A stretch of DNA of 64,000 nt from Ignavibacteriota bacterium (GTDB lineage Bacteria; Bacteroidota; Ignavibacteria; Palsa-1295), in the NCBI GenBank assembly GCA_963787835.1, contig CAWBEI010000002.1, positions 1,632,001 to 1,696,000 on the forward strand, in the 5' to 3' direction. The notes beneath the pieces were generated by a model, which saw only the letters and a list, made by a program, of their open reading frames with translations, made no database searches and had not been told where the DNA came from. Positions 37,183 to 46,904 of this stretch are shown one piece after another (the stretch's first letter is position 1; the number at the start of each line of letters is the position of its first letter). Made by a program: the position numbers and the translations under genes.

Positions 37183-40167
37183 CTACTCCCGCACCACCAT
37201 GATCTTCCCACTCGCCACGCCGGAGTTCCCGGTTTGGATGGAGTAGAAATACGCACCGGGGGCGACGAGGTTGCCTTGATCGTCGCGGGCATCCCAGGTG
37301 GTCGATTGCGGGCCGCCATCCATGGTGCGGTTCAGCAGGGTGCGGATAAGGGAGCCTTTCACATCGTAAATGCGAAGCTGAACGTTATCCATCGCGGGGA
37401 TCTCAAAATTAAGCGTAACGGCATTCGCAGTGCTATTCAAGATGAACGGATTAGGATACGGCTGATACACATAAAGCTGGTTCGTGCCATAATGCAGTTC
37501 CACCTGATTGCTGTACTTTTGCGCTCCGCTGGCGTCGATCTCATGGATCTGATAGAGATAGGTTCCGGGAGCGGTGGTGTTATCGGCAAAGGTGTAGTTA
37601 TGGGTTCCTGAAGATGCGCCCATGCCGGCAATGCTGCTAAGGCGCGTGAAGCCATCGCCATCGAGGGAACGCTCTATGTAGAACGTGGCGCCATCCGGCT
37701 CATCCTGAACGCTCCAGGCAAGCTCGGTGCCGGAACTGGATTTGGTCGCAGTGAGCGTTGAGGATTCCACGGCATTGACCCCAAAATCGTATTCCCAGAT
37801 CCCGCGGCCACTCGAAGCAACGCGTAACAACAAGCCATTCGGAGCGACCTGCACATCGCGGCAGGGGAACAGGCCGGAACCAAAGAACTCCCAATGCTGG
37901 CCGGCATCGGTGGTTTGGTACATCCCAAAATCGGTAGCGGCATACCAGGTCGAAAGCGGATTGGTCGAGTCGACCGCGACGCATAGAACGTTACAGGAGG
38001 TGGTGGAATCCGCGCCGGGAATGGCTGCGCCTGCTACACCGGACACGTTCGTCCAGGAGTGGCCGCTGTCTTCGGACATCATCACCTTCGATTTCGATCC
38101 CTCCAGACTGACGAGCACAAATTTTGTATCGTGCCAGTTGGTACAGATCGAGGTAACGGTTCCCGGGTTGGTGCGCGAAACGAAACTGGAACCAAAATTG
38201 GTGGAAAGCTCGAAGGAACTGCTGCCGCCGGCCACATAGATCATGTTGGCATTCCAGGAGGGAAGTCCTATGGCGCTGATATAATACACTCCATCATAGG
38301 TCTGCCCGAAGACCGGAGGAAGTTTTTTCCAGGTTGTGGCGCCATCGGTGGTCTGCCACAGGTGCTGACGTCCGACATAGAGAATGCTTGATGCGCCGAT
38401 GGATCCATTGGCCACGGGGGACATTCTGAATGGACAGTCCCAGCTCGCGCCATCATTCACACCTTCGGCGGAATCGGCTGTTGGCTGCCAATTGGGAGAC
38501 GAGACAGAATTCGTTATACTGATCTGACCTTCGGGGCCTTCACCATACACGCGGTTGGAGTTTGTGGGGTTAACGATCGCCGTGAGCGCATCGCCAAATC
38601 CTTCATACGTTGAGGCTTGCCCTGTCACCATTCTCCACAGCCCCTGATCCTGCGCACCAGCCCAGGTTGCTTTAAGGTTGTTCCGGTCAAAGGCGACGTG
38701 ATAGAAGCGGCTGGTGATCATGTTGGTGGAGTGAACGATCCACCCGCCGCCATTTCCCACCGTTGTGGAACCTGCTGCATAGTTGACATACAGCCCACCA
38801 TCATCACCATCATAGACAATGTTGGAGTTGAGCGGGTTGATAGCAAACGAGTGATGGTCGGAGTGTGGGTATCCACCGGTACCGAACTGGTGTCCGTCGT
38901 TATAATCGCCGTACGCTACCCAGTTTCCACCGCTTTTTTCGTAGGCATTCACGCCTGCCGTGTAGATCGTGTCATCGTTAATGGAATTTGGCGAAACGCC
39001 AAGATACAGATCGTACCATCCCTGCGGACCGAACTGGGTACCGGGAAGTGAGAACAGCCCCCCCGGAATCGAGTTATCCATGCTCCAGGTAGTACCGGCA
39101 TCGGTGCTGATATAGAGGGAATCCTGATCGTATCCATTCGAATTTGTTACAAGTGCGAAGACCTTGTTTGGAGCGTTCGTGGGAATTGCCAAAGCACCAC
39201 GCCCGATCGAGCCACCGAAGATCTTTACTGCAGTTGAGCTTTTTGTCCAGGATGAACCATCGTTCGTGGATTTATAGATACCGCCCGTGCATAAGAGAAA
39301 GAATACTCCCGGGCTTCCCGGCACCGATACGATATCCCACGTTTCACCGCTCGAGAATACGGAGTTCCACGTATTACCATAATCCGTCGAACGAAAGACG
39401 TTCCCCTGATCGTAGGACGAAGCAAGTACGATATTATGATTTGCTGGATCGACGACAATCTTGACAAAACTCGTCGCGGAGCCGACATTCAACTTTTGAA
39501 ATGAGGTGCCCCCATCCATGGAGCGGTATAGCCCGCTGCCTCCATAATTGACGATCGCGATATTGCAGTAACCGGTTCCTACATACATGGTGTCCGGCGA
39601 AACGGGGTCGATCGCTAATCCAGAGATATTAAGGTTTGGAAGATTATTGTCCGTGAGTTCATTCCATGTGGCTCCGGTATCGATGGATTCCCATACGCCG
39701 CCTCCGAAACCGGCGGCATACATGATGTTCGCATGTTGCGGATTGAACAAGATCTCCGTCGTGATCCCGGCAGATGGGGTGTTGACCGTTGCGCTGCCAA
39801 GAAGGCCGATATTCTGCCAGGTGCCTTGCACGGATTGCGTAGAAAACTTCCCGACCGAACTCCTCTCGCTCGTGCGGAGCATACTCTGTTGCGCCTGCTG
39901 ATAGGTCCAGAGGTAGGCATCCTGATCGATCGTGCCGGAGGGACCGGCTTGTCTCGAGAAATCGTAAAAATCGCGGGCGAAGGGCGCCGAGCGGCGAATG
40001 CTTTCCGGCAATTGATTGATCGCGTGGTACGCGCCCGAATCTGAACTTGCTACGATGGGATCGCGCAGGGTTTCGCTTTCTATCTCCTGCGCGCGAAGCA
40101 CAGGCGTGAGCATGGCAAGCACTACTACAACAATGACGGGAAAGAAGATGGATGTACTATGACGCAT
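37183..40167 (-). CDS. T9SS cargo with VPS10/BNR repeat beta-propellers and FlgD-Ig C-terminus
   Basis: Many 'S.D.G.TW' Asp-boxes; 'QGWYD'; 'HSDHH'; 'GAQDQG'; 'PYPNPF...WDARDDQGNLVAPGAYFY'. Confidence 0.85.
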   Translation of the reverse strand: MRHSTSIFFPVIVVVVLAMLTPVLRAQEIESETLRDPIVASSDSGAYHAINQLPESIRRSAPFARDFYDFSRQAGPSGTIDQDAYLWTYQQAQQSMLRTSERSSVGKFSTQSVQGTWQNIGLLGSATVNTPSAGITTEILFNPQHANIMYAAGFGGGVWESIDTGATWNELTDNNLPNLNISGLAIDPVSPDTMYVGTGYCNIAIVNYGGSGLYRSMDGGTSFQKLNVGSATSFVKIVVDPANHNIVLASSYDQGNVFRSTDYGNTWNSVFSSGETWDIVSVPGSPGVFFLLCTGGIYKSTNDGSSWTKSSTAVKIFGGSIGRGALAIPTNAPNKVFALVTNSNGYDQDSLYISTDAGTTWSMDNSIPGGLFSLPGTQFGPQGWYDLYLGVSPNSINDDTIYTAGVNAYEKSGGNWVAYGDYNDGHQFGTGGYPHSDHHSFAINPLNSNIVYDGDDGGLYVNYAAGSTTVGNGGGWIVHSTNMITSRFYHVAFDRNNLKATWAGAQDQGLWRMVTGQASTYEGFGDALTAIVNPTNSNRVYGEGPEGQISITNSVSSPNWQPTADSAEGVNDGASWDCPFRMSPVANGSIGASSILYVGRQHLWQTTDGATTWKKLPPVFGQTYDGVYYISAIGLPSWNANMIYVAGGSSSFELSTNFGSSFVSRTNPGTVTSICTNWHDTKFVLVSLEGSKSKVMMSEDSGHSWTNVSGVAGAAIPGADSTTSCNVLCVAVDSTNPLSTWYAATDFGMYQTTDAGQHWEFFGSGLFPCRDVQVAPNGLLLRVASSGRGIWEYDFGVNAVESSTLTATKSSSGTELAWSVQDEPDGATFYIERSLDGDGFTRLSSIAGMGASSGTHNYTFADNTTAPGTYLYQIHEIDASGAQKYSNQVELHYGTNQLYVYQPYPNPFILNSTANAVTLNFEIPAMDNVQLRIYDVKGSLIRTLLNRTMDGGPQSTTWDARDDQGNLVAPGAYFYSIQTGNSGVASGKIMVVRE

Positions 40168-40272
40168 GGATGGGAAATTTGGATGATTATTAGAAAATAT
40201 TTAAACAAGAAAATTTCACAACCGTTGCAAAACATCCAAGTCTCTGTAATAGCAACCCAGCATTGTCGGCGC

Positions 40273-40833
40273 CTATTGCTTTTTCATGACAACCCAAACC
40301 TGGCCGGCACGAATTTCATCGGCCTTGACGGTATCTTCGCCGATGTGGCGCGGGACGACATGCCTATCCTTTGGCCTGAGCAGCTCCGGCAGGTAGATCT
40401 CTTTCAGGACGGTATCGATCTTGCCCTTGGTTTCCGTGATAAGTTGATAGCGAATCTTTTGAATGGTATCGTTTCCAAAATTTTCGTAGAAGACGGTCAT
40501 GAACGGTTTTCCGTTAATGTATTCTTTATCAACGGTGACCTCGACTCCGGGAGATTTTTCCCATCGCTCTTCGGGGGATGAACATCCGGCGAGCATGGCG
40601 GCTCCGAGGAAGAAGAAGCATCCGATGGGGATGAAGGAACATCCACCGGAAATAAGCGTAACAGCAACCCCAATAGATCTTTTCATGGTAATGTTTAGGA
40701 AAGCAGTGTTTGTCTGAAAGAAAACTCGAAGAACAGACCTCAAATATACGAAAAAATAGGAGGGATGCCGCTGCGACCGAAATAGCCCCATGGACATTTC
40801 TGACGAAATCTTAGTCAATCGAGTGATATTCAT
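40273..40833 (-). CDS. Hypothetical lipoprotein (true start probably internal)
   Basis: Lipobox 'MLAGC' followed by a ~100-aa beta-rich domain. Confidence 0.6.
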   Translation of the reverse strand: MNITRLTKISSEMSMGLFRSQRHPSYFFVYLRSVLRVFFQTNTAFLNITMKRSIGVAVTLISGGCSFIPIGCFFFLGAAMLAGCSSPEERWEKSPGVEVTVDKEYINGKPFMTVFYENFGNDTIQKIRYQLITETKGKIDTVLKEIYLPELLRPKDRHVVPRHIGEDTVKADEIRAGQVWVVMKKQ

Positions 40834-40944
40834 AAAAAGAATTGGAATCTTTTGCTAAGAACATGGATTTGTACGTGCCATCTTTAGAACGGTAAAGACT
40901 CCCGTTTTTTTAATCACTTGTTTTTTTAGAGAAAATTAGAAACT

Positions 40945-41472
40945 ATGACTAAATTCCTTCAACGATCCGCCATCACTGCGGTTATGGCGTTCGCAATGTT
41001 TACCCAATCTGCTCAAGCCCAGGCGCTGAAGATCGCCGTCGTCGATATCCAGACCGTCGTTACGGCGATGCCTGAATATATGAGTGCGACTTCAAAAGTC
41101 GAAGCACAGACCAAGGCATATCAGGACACCCTCGAGACCATGCGTACCAAGTACCAGGCAACGATGGATTCCTACGCCAAACTCGGAACAACGGCTTCCG
41201 ATGACATGAAAAAGAAGGAACAGGAAGAGCTTCAGGGTCTCCAAGATAACTTCACCAAGTTCCAAAATACGAAATTTGGCACGGGTGGCGAGCTCGACCA
41301 AATGAAGGCCAACCTTATGAAGCCCATCACCGATAAGCTTCAGAATACTCTTGATGCATACCGCAAGAAGGAGCACCTTTCGATCATCATCCCTAAGGCG
41401 TCTTTGGTTTCTTTTGACACGGAATACGACCAGACCTCCAAATTCCAGGATTTTCTCAAGGCCCAGCCGTAA
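40945..41472 (+). CDS. skp: OmpH/Skp periplasmic chaperone
   Basis: Signal peptide; 'KIAVVDIQTVVTAMPE'; coiled coil; 'LMKPITDK'. Confidence 0.85.
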   Translation: MTKFLQRSAITAVMAFAMFTQSAQAQALKIAVVDIQTVVTAMPEYMSATSKVEAQTKAYQDTLETMRTKYQATMDSYAKLGTTASDDMKKKEQEELQGLQDNFTKFQNTKFGTGGELDQMKANLMKPITDKLQNTLDAYRKKEHLSIIIPKASLVSFDTEYDQTSKFQDFLKAQP

Positions 41473-41526
41473 TTAATTTTCGGGTAGTTCAAAGGCTAAC
41501 CGCTTTTGCCCGTTCGGGACTTTTTG

Positions 41527-41566
41527 AACGCGGCCACTTTTTAGAGGTGGCCGCGTTTTCCTTTTT
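41527..41566 (+). terminator. Intrinsic terminator
   Basis: AACGCGGCCACTT / AGGTGGCCGCGTT stem plus T-tract. Confidence 0.75.
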
Positions 41567-41613
41567 GAAACCTTTCTCCTGCCGGATGGTAGAATGAGCG
41601 AATATCATAGAAT

Positions 41614-42435
41614 TTGACCATGACTACACGAACTGCTACCCGAATTTCCGTCATTTTTCTTAGCCTCATTGCGTTCGCATCGATTACCCACGCCCAGCCG
41701 GCGACGCGCGTCGGTTATATCGACGCTGAAAAGCTTCTCAAGCGCATGCCGGAGGTCAAGGATGCCAATGCCCGCCTCGATCAGCTTACTTCAAGCTGGA
41801 CCAAAGAGGCTACCGACCTGCAGGCGGACATCGACCGCAAGCAAGCCGAATACGACCGCCGCAAGCTTATCATGACGGATGCCGAGCGCAACACCGCAGA
41901 TCTGGAGCTTACCAACCTCCACAAGAAACACGACGATTTTCTCCACTCGAAGTTCGACCAAAATGGCGGCGACCTGTTTGCGCAGGAGGCTGTGCTCATG
42001 AGGCCGGCCTACGATAAGCTTTCCGCAGCGATCAAGGAAGTTGCCGCCGATGGAAACTACGATTATGTGTTCGACCGCAGCTCGAAAGATGTGATCCTGC
42101 TCTACACCAACTCGAAGTTCGATCTCACGCTGCCGGTTGCAAGGAAGCTTGGTATCGAGTCGGAGCTATTGAGTACACCGCTTGTCAACAATGGGCCAAA
42201 AACGGGGACACCGCCAAAGGGGCAACCAACGCTTCCGGGGCAGAACCAGCCGGGTACTCAAAACTCTGGCTTTGGAAATCAAAATCCTGGAATTGGTACT
42301 CAAAATCCTGGGAACGGCAGCTTCGTACCCGGTCAGCCTGGAACTAATACTGGAGGGAGTAATCCGAATGGCAACAATCCGAACGGGAATAATCCTAATC
42401 CGCCCAACCCACCGATCCCAGGAAGCGGCCATTAA
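41614..42435 (+). CDS. skp: OmpH/Skp chaperone with P/G/N/Q-rich C-terminal tail
   Basis: 'RVGYIDAEKLLKRMPE', 'YDYVFDRS', 'KFDLT'; tail of NPG/NPN repeats. Confidence 0.87.
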   Translation: MTMTTRTATRISVIFLSLIAFASITHAQPATRVGYIDAEKLLKRMPEVKDANARLDQLTSSWTKEATDLQADIDRKQAEYDRRKLIMTDAERNTADLELTNLHKKHDDFLHSKFDQNGGDLFAQEAVLMRPAYDKLSAAIKEVAADGNYDYVFDRSSKDVILLYTNSKFDLTLPVARKLGIESELLSTPLVNNGPKTGTPPKGQPTLPGQNQPGTQNSGFGNQNPGIGTQNPGNGSFVPGQPGTNTGGSNPNGNNPNGNNPNPPNPPIPGSGH

Positions 42436-42528
42436 GCCAGCGCATTGATTTCATCCTCTACCAGTAGCAAGTATTAGATGCAGAAATCGAATTAGGTATT
42501 GCTAACGGATGTTACCTCGGAAATCTAT

Positions 42529-43350
42529 ATGACCGATAAACAATCAAGTGTGCCACCACCGAATTCGATGGGAGAGAGCCGTGCCGTTCCGCCACGGAAT
42601 GCCACTGGTTTGGAACTGCTTGGAGGACTGTGGCTTTTCTCGATGCGGTTTCTCCGAACGCTGGGACGTCCGCCGTATGAATTCAAGGAGATCGTTCGCC
42701 AGCTGTATGCCACAGGGTTCCGGTCGCTTTCGTTGGTGACGGTGGTTGGGGTGGTGATCGGGGCGGTGCTTACGATGCAAAGCCGCCCGACGATGATAAA
42801 ATTCGGAGCGGAAGCATTCATTCCCACCATGGTGGCGATCAGCGTGATGCGGGAACTGTCTCCGGTGCTCATCTCTGTGATCCTTGCGGGCCGTGTGGGA
42901 GCCGGGATCGGAGCCGAGTTAGGCTCGATGCGCGCCAGTGAACAGATCGATGCCATGGATGTCGCCGCGCTCGATCCCTATAAATTGCTCGTGTTCACCA
43001 GGGTGGTCGCGTGTATGATCGCACTACCGATCCTGACCATCTATGCGGATTTCCTTGCGTTGATCGGTTCCTGGATCATCGAGAACGTCGAGGCCGGTAT
43101 GACGATGAGCCGGTATATCACTCGCGTGGTCCAGGGTGTCGAGTTCTCCGATTACTTGCCGGGGATTGCCAAAACGATCTTTTTCGGATTTACGATCGGC
43201 ATTGTCGGTTGTTATGAAGGTTACCACTCGACCGGCGGTACCGAAGGCGTTGGAAGATCGGCAACGGATGCCGCCGTTACCAGCTCGCTGCTTATTATCT
43301 TGCTCGATGTTCTGTTCGTCAAGATCACCTTTATGATCTGGCCTAGTTGA
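42529..43350 (+). CDS. mlaE: MlaE-family ABC permease
   Basis: 'RELSPVL..VILAGRVGAGIGAELGSMRASEQIDAM', 'EGVGRSAT'. Confidence 0.92.
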   Translation: MTDKQSSVPPPNSMGESRAVPPRNATGLELLGGLWLFSMRFLRTLGRPPYEFKEIVRQLYATGFRSLSLVTVVGVVIGAVLTMQSRPTMIKFGAEAFIPTMVAISVMRELSPVLISVILAGRVGAGIGAELGSMRASEQIDAMDVAALDPYKLLVFTRVVACMIALPILTIYADFLALIGSWIIENVEAGMTMSRYITRVVQGVEFSDYLPGIAKTIFFGFTIGIVGCYEGYHSTGGTEGVGRSATDAAVTSSLLIILLDVLFVKITFMIWPS

Positions 43351-43356
43351 TCCTTT

Positions 43357-44229
43357 ATGCGCTTTCACTCTTTAAAAAAGATACCCAAGATCGAGCGCAG
43401 CGCTCCTGACGACGCTCCGGTGTTGCGCGTCGAGAATGTAAGCATTGCGTTCGATCATCCCGTGCTGCGTGGTGTTTCGATCGACGTGCATCGGGGCGAG
43501 ACGGTTGCCGTGATGGGAAAGAGCGGGACTGGAAAGAGCGTTTTGCTCAAGCTCATTGTTGGGCTTATCCATCCGGATTCCGGTAAGATCTTTTATCACG
43601 ATAAAGACGTGACTGACCTGAAAGAAACTGCGTTGATGGCCTTTCGATCCGACGTCGGGTTCGTATTTCAAGGCGCAGCGCTCTTTGACTCGATGACGGT
43701 GGGCGAGAATCTCGATCTTTTTCTGATCAAGCATACCGATATGGAGCCGGACGAACGCGAACAAAAGATCATGGAAACACTCGAATTGGTCGACTTGCGA
43801 GATGCCGTCGATAAAATGCCATCGGAACTATCCGGCGGCATGAAAAAACGGGCTGGCCTGGCGCGCTCTATTGTCATCGAGCCAGGACTGATGCTCTATG
43901 ACGAACCAACGACCGGGCTTGACCCGCTCACCGCCGCATCGATCGCTGAAGAAATTTTGACATTACAACAACGCTTGGGCATTGCATCTATTGTCGTCAC
44001 GCACGATCTTCCAACGGCCTTTACCGTTGCCGACCGCGCGGTAGTACTGAACGAGGGGCTTGTCGTGTTTGCGGGAACGCTTCCGGAACTGGCGTCCTCC
44101 AGCGACCCGTTCCTTCATGAATATCTGGGAGCTTCGCGGCTGGATAGAACTCGCCACGATCAGATCCTGCAACGGGTATCGACCGAGGTGGAACAGACTG
44201 CTGCGCCACGCATAAACGCCATTGCTTAA
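43357..44229 (+). CDS. mlaF: MlaF-family ABC ATPase
   Basis: Walker A 'GKSGTGKS'; 'FQGAALFDSMTV'; 'LSGGMKKR'; 'YDEPTTGLDP'. Confidence 0.93.
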   Translation: MRFHSLKKIPKIERSAPDDAPVLRVENVSIAFDHPVLRGVSIDVHRGETVAVMGKSGTGKSVLLKLIVGLIHPDSGKIFYHDKDVTDLKETALMAFRSDVGFVFQGAALFDSMTVGENLDLFLIKHTDMEPDEREQKIMETLELVDLRDAVDKMPSELSGGMKKRAGLARSIVIEPGLMLYDEPTTGLDPLTAASIAEEILTLQQRLGIASIVVTHDLPTAFTVADRAVVLNEGLVVFAGTLPELASSSDPFLHEYLGASRLDRTRHDQILQRVSTEVEQTAAPRINAIA

Positions 44230-44259
44230 CGATCTTTACGAATAACTCATAACACGCGA

Positions 44260-45243
44260 ATGAAACGCAAAGCTATTCCGCTTTTTCGAATTGGTATGTT
44301 CGTGCTGGCCGCGTTCATTGTGCTGATCGTCTGCATTTTCTATTTGGGAAATAAAGAGAAGATGTTCTCTTCCACCTCTCTGGTGATCGCACACTTCCAG
44401 ACGGTGAGCAATCTGCAGCGCGGCGCGGAGATTGATATGGCGGGAATTAATGTCGGCAGCGTGCAGGATATTCGGCTTCCAAGCAACTCCCGCGACTCCG
44501 TCGTAGTAACGATGAAGGTTATCACCGATGCGCTCAAGCTCATTCATACCGATTCCAGGGCGCTGATTACTACACAAGGGCTTATTGGCGATAAGGTTGT
44601 TTTTATCACGATGGGCGGGGATAGTGCGCCACCGATCGAACCGGGTGGTCTGTTGCGCGGGCAGGCGCCGCAGGATTTCACCAAGATCTACGATACACTC
44701 ACCGCGACGGTGGTGCAATTAGATTCCGTTGCCATTGCGGCGACGAATCTGGTGCGCCTGATGGCCTCCGGCAATGGAACCATTGGCAAGCTCGTCAACG
44801 ATAGTTCCTTGTATCTGAATGCGAACCAGATGGTCGTGAGTGCGCGGAACGTGATGGATACCGCGCGCATGGCGGTGGGGCATATTTCCGGCAGTGTCGA
44901 TAAACTTTCCGGCGAGATCGATTCTATTACCGGAAGGATCAACCGCGGGGAAGGCTCGATCGGGAAGTTCCTGACGAAAGATGAGATCTATGACAATGCC
45001 AAGAAGGCAACCGATAACATTGTGGCTTCGAGCTACACGCTGAACGATGCGCTGGCCAAGCTTGCGCTTGGTTCCGGACGCTTTGCCGAAGTGATGGAAG
45101 GATTGAAGCACAATTTCCTCGTCAAAGGATATTTCGAAGATCGCGGGTATTGGGACGCGCCGGAATTCGAGCTGACGATCGACCGCAAGATCGATTCCCT
45201 GAATAAGCTACGCCAACAGATCGAAAACCAACAGAGCCGATAG
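44260..45243 (+). CDS. mlaD: MlaD/MCE family protein
   Basis: N-terminal TM helix; 'AGINVGSV'; 'QGLIGDK'; 'GTIGKLVND'. Confidence 0.9.
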   Translation: MKRKAIPLFRIGMFVLAAFIVLIVCIFYLGNKEKMFSSTSLVIAHFQTVSNLQRGAEIDMAGINVGSVQDIRLPSNSRDSVVVTMKVITDALKLIHTDSRALITTQGLIGDKVVFITMGGDSAPPIEPGGLLRGQAPQDFTKIYDTLTATVVQLDSVAIAATNLVRLMASGNGTIGKLVNDSSLYLNANQMVVSARNVMDTARMAVGHISGSVDKLSGEIDSITGRINRGEGSIGKFLTKDEIYDNAKKATDNIVASSYTLNDALAKLALGSGRFAEVMEGLKHNFLVKGYFEDRGYWDAPEFELTIDRKIDSLNKLRQQIENQQSR

Positions 45244-45285
45244 CGTTTCCCTGGGATAGGTTCCCGTGTAACTCTCAACGGGCTA

Positions 45286-46062
45286 TCACGGCAGCGCGCC
45301 AATTTCGAGGCCGGCGCTCCATCCGGAAGTTCCGCCGTTGCCAATTTCCGTCCAGCCGGAAAGAGAGAGACCGATCCACGATGCAATTTTCCAAACCATG
45401 TGAATCGAGAGTGGGACTGTGACGCTCACTTCCGACTCGACTGTGGCGTTATACTGATAATACGTCTCGGAACTCGGAATGGGAATAAATAAGAATAAGA
45501 AATAGCCTGGCTGCGTGATCTGGTAGCAATTGCTATAATGTACGTAATTCCTTGACACTGCTGCTACACCAATGGATGGAGTGACCACAACCGAGTTATT
45601 GAAAATTCTTATAATTCTTCCAGCGGTTAACGAATATTCGTCGATCCCGTCCAGGCTGGTTGGGAATGGGGCTATGGGTGAACTGGTAGGCCCTCCGGAT
45701 GAAACCCACAATAAGCCGCCTTCAAGTGAAGAAGTAGGCCTTCCCTGCCCACCATACGAGCGGTAGTCCCCCTGAAGTACCCACTCGCCGAAACCGATAT
45801 CGAAGCCAAGATCGGTCTGAAATTTCGGCGTCGAGGCAGTACCAAATTCGCTTCGAACTCCCAGAAAGAATTTTTCTGGTTGTGTTCCATCGAGCGGTAA
45901 GCCAAGATTTACGGCTGTGTCAGCAGTGTACTGAAGTTGAAAAACAACGGATGTATCTGATAGAAATGGCCCGCTTGGTGCCGTTGATTGCGCTCTCAGG
46001 GCTTGGTTTTGGAGGGAAATGGCTCCCAAAACCGCAAATAGAATTGATGCTGAAGTTTTCAT
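45286..46062 (-). CDS. Secreted / outer-membrane hypothetical protein
   Basis: ATG 46062 gives a signal peptide 'MKTSASILFAVLG...LRA-Q'. Amphipathic beta strands follow. Confidence 0.65.
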   Translation of the reverse strand: MKTSASILFAVLGAISLQNQALRAQSTAPSGPFLSDTSVVFQLQYTADTAVNLGLPLDGTQPEKFFLGVRSEFGTASTPKFQTDLGFDIGFGEWVLQGDYRSYGGQGRPTSSLEGGLLWVSSGGPTSSPIAPFPTSLDGIDEYSLTAGRIIRIFNNSVVVTPSIGVAAVSRNYVHYSNCYQITQPGYFLFLFIPIPSSETYYQYNATVESEVSVTVPLSIHMVWKIASWIGLSLSGWTEIGNGGTSGWSAGLEIGALP

Positions 46063-46128
46063 GACGTGTTTCACAAAAAGAATAGATCGATTTCGCGATA
46101 CAAAAATGGCGAATGGCAAGACACGAGT

Positions 46129-46167
46129 TGTCACCAACTCTTCTGAAAAATGTCAAAAAAATGTCAC
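46129..46167. promoter_or_regulatory. Putative OmpR/PhoB-type tandem binding site
   Basis: TGTCA at 46129, 46151 and 46162 (22- and 11-bp spacing). Confidence 0.5.
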
Positions 46168-46223
46168 GTCTCTGCAGAGAGACCGTAGAGGAAATTCAAT
46201 TCGGCAGGCTCAATCAGGCCACC

Positions 46224-46904
46224 CTACTTCACAAACTTATATCCACTGGTATGCACCGTCAAAAGGTGCTTTGGATTTGATGAATTATCCTCGATCTTTT
46301 TTCGAATGGAGAGAATATAGTTATCGACGGTGCGAGTCGTGGGGAAGACATCGTAGCCCCACACCTCGTTGAGGAGCTTGTCGCGGTCGAGCACGTGTCC
46401 TTCATGCTCGAAAAACAATTTCATGATCTGAAATTCTTTTGCGGAGAATTTAAGAGGGTTTTTATTCTTAAAAGCTTCTTGTTTCTTGAAATCAAAATGA
46501 AGATCGCCAAAGGAAGCTTCTTCGATTCCTTTTTTCAATTCCTGCGTTCGTCGCAGCAGCGCTTTGACGCGCGCTTTGAGTTCCCTCATACTGAACGGCT
46601 TGGTCATGTAATCGTCGGCGCCGACCTCCAAGCCGAGCACTTTGTCGATCTCATCCGATTTGCTGGTTAACATCATCACCAGTGTATTGATATCGGCTTT
46701 GCGGAGTTCGCCGCAAATTTCCAAGCCATCTTTTCCGGGAAGCATGATGTCGAGCAAGATAAGATCGATGGATGGACTCTTGGCTTGCTTGAATCCTTCA
46801 ATGCCATCGGATGCCGTAAAGACCTCGTAATTATCTTCCGTGAGTCCGGCTTCCAGTGCGAGCCGAATGGCGGGGTCATCTTCAACCACTAATATTCTTT
46901 TCAT
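46224..46904 (-). CDS. OmpR/PhoB-family response regulator
   Basis: 'ILVVEDD', 'LLDIMLPG', 'GADDYMTKPF', 'RTVDNYI..IRKKIE'. Confidence 0.95.
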   Translation of the reverse strand: MKRILVVEDDPAIRLALEAGLTEDNYEVFTASDGIEGFKQAKSPSIDLILLDIMLPGKDGLEICGELRKADINTLVMMLTSKSDEIDKVLGLEVGADDYMTKPFSMRELKARVKALLRRTQELKKGIEEASFGDLHFDFKKQEAFKNKNPLKFSAKEFQIMKLFFEHEGHVLDRDKLLNEVWGYDVFPTTRTVDNYILSIRKKIEDNSSNPKHLLTVHTSGYKFVK

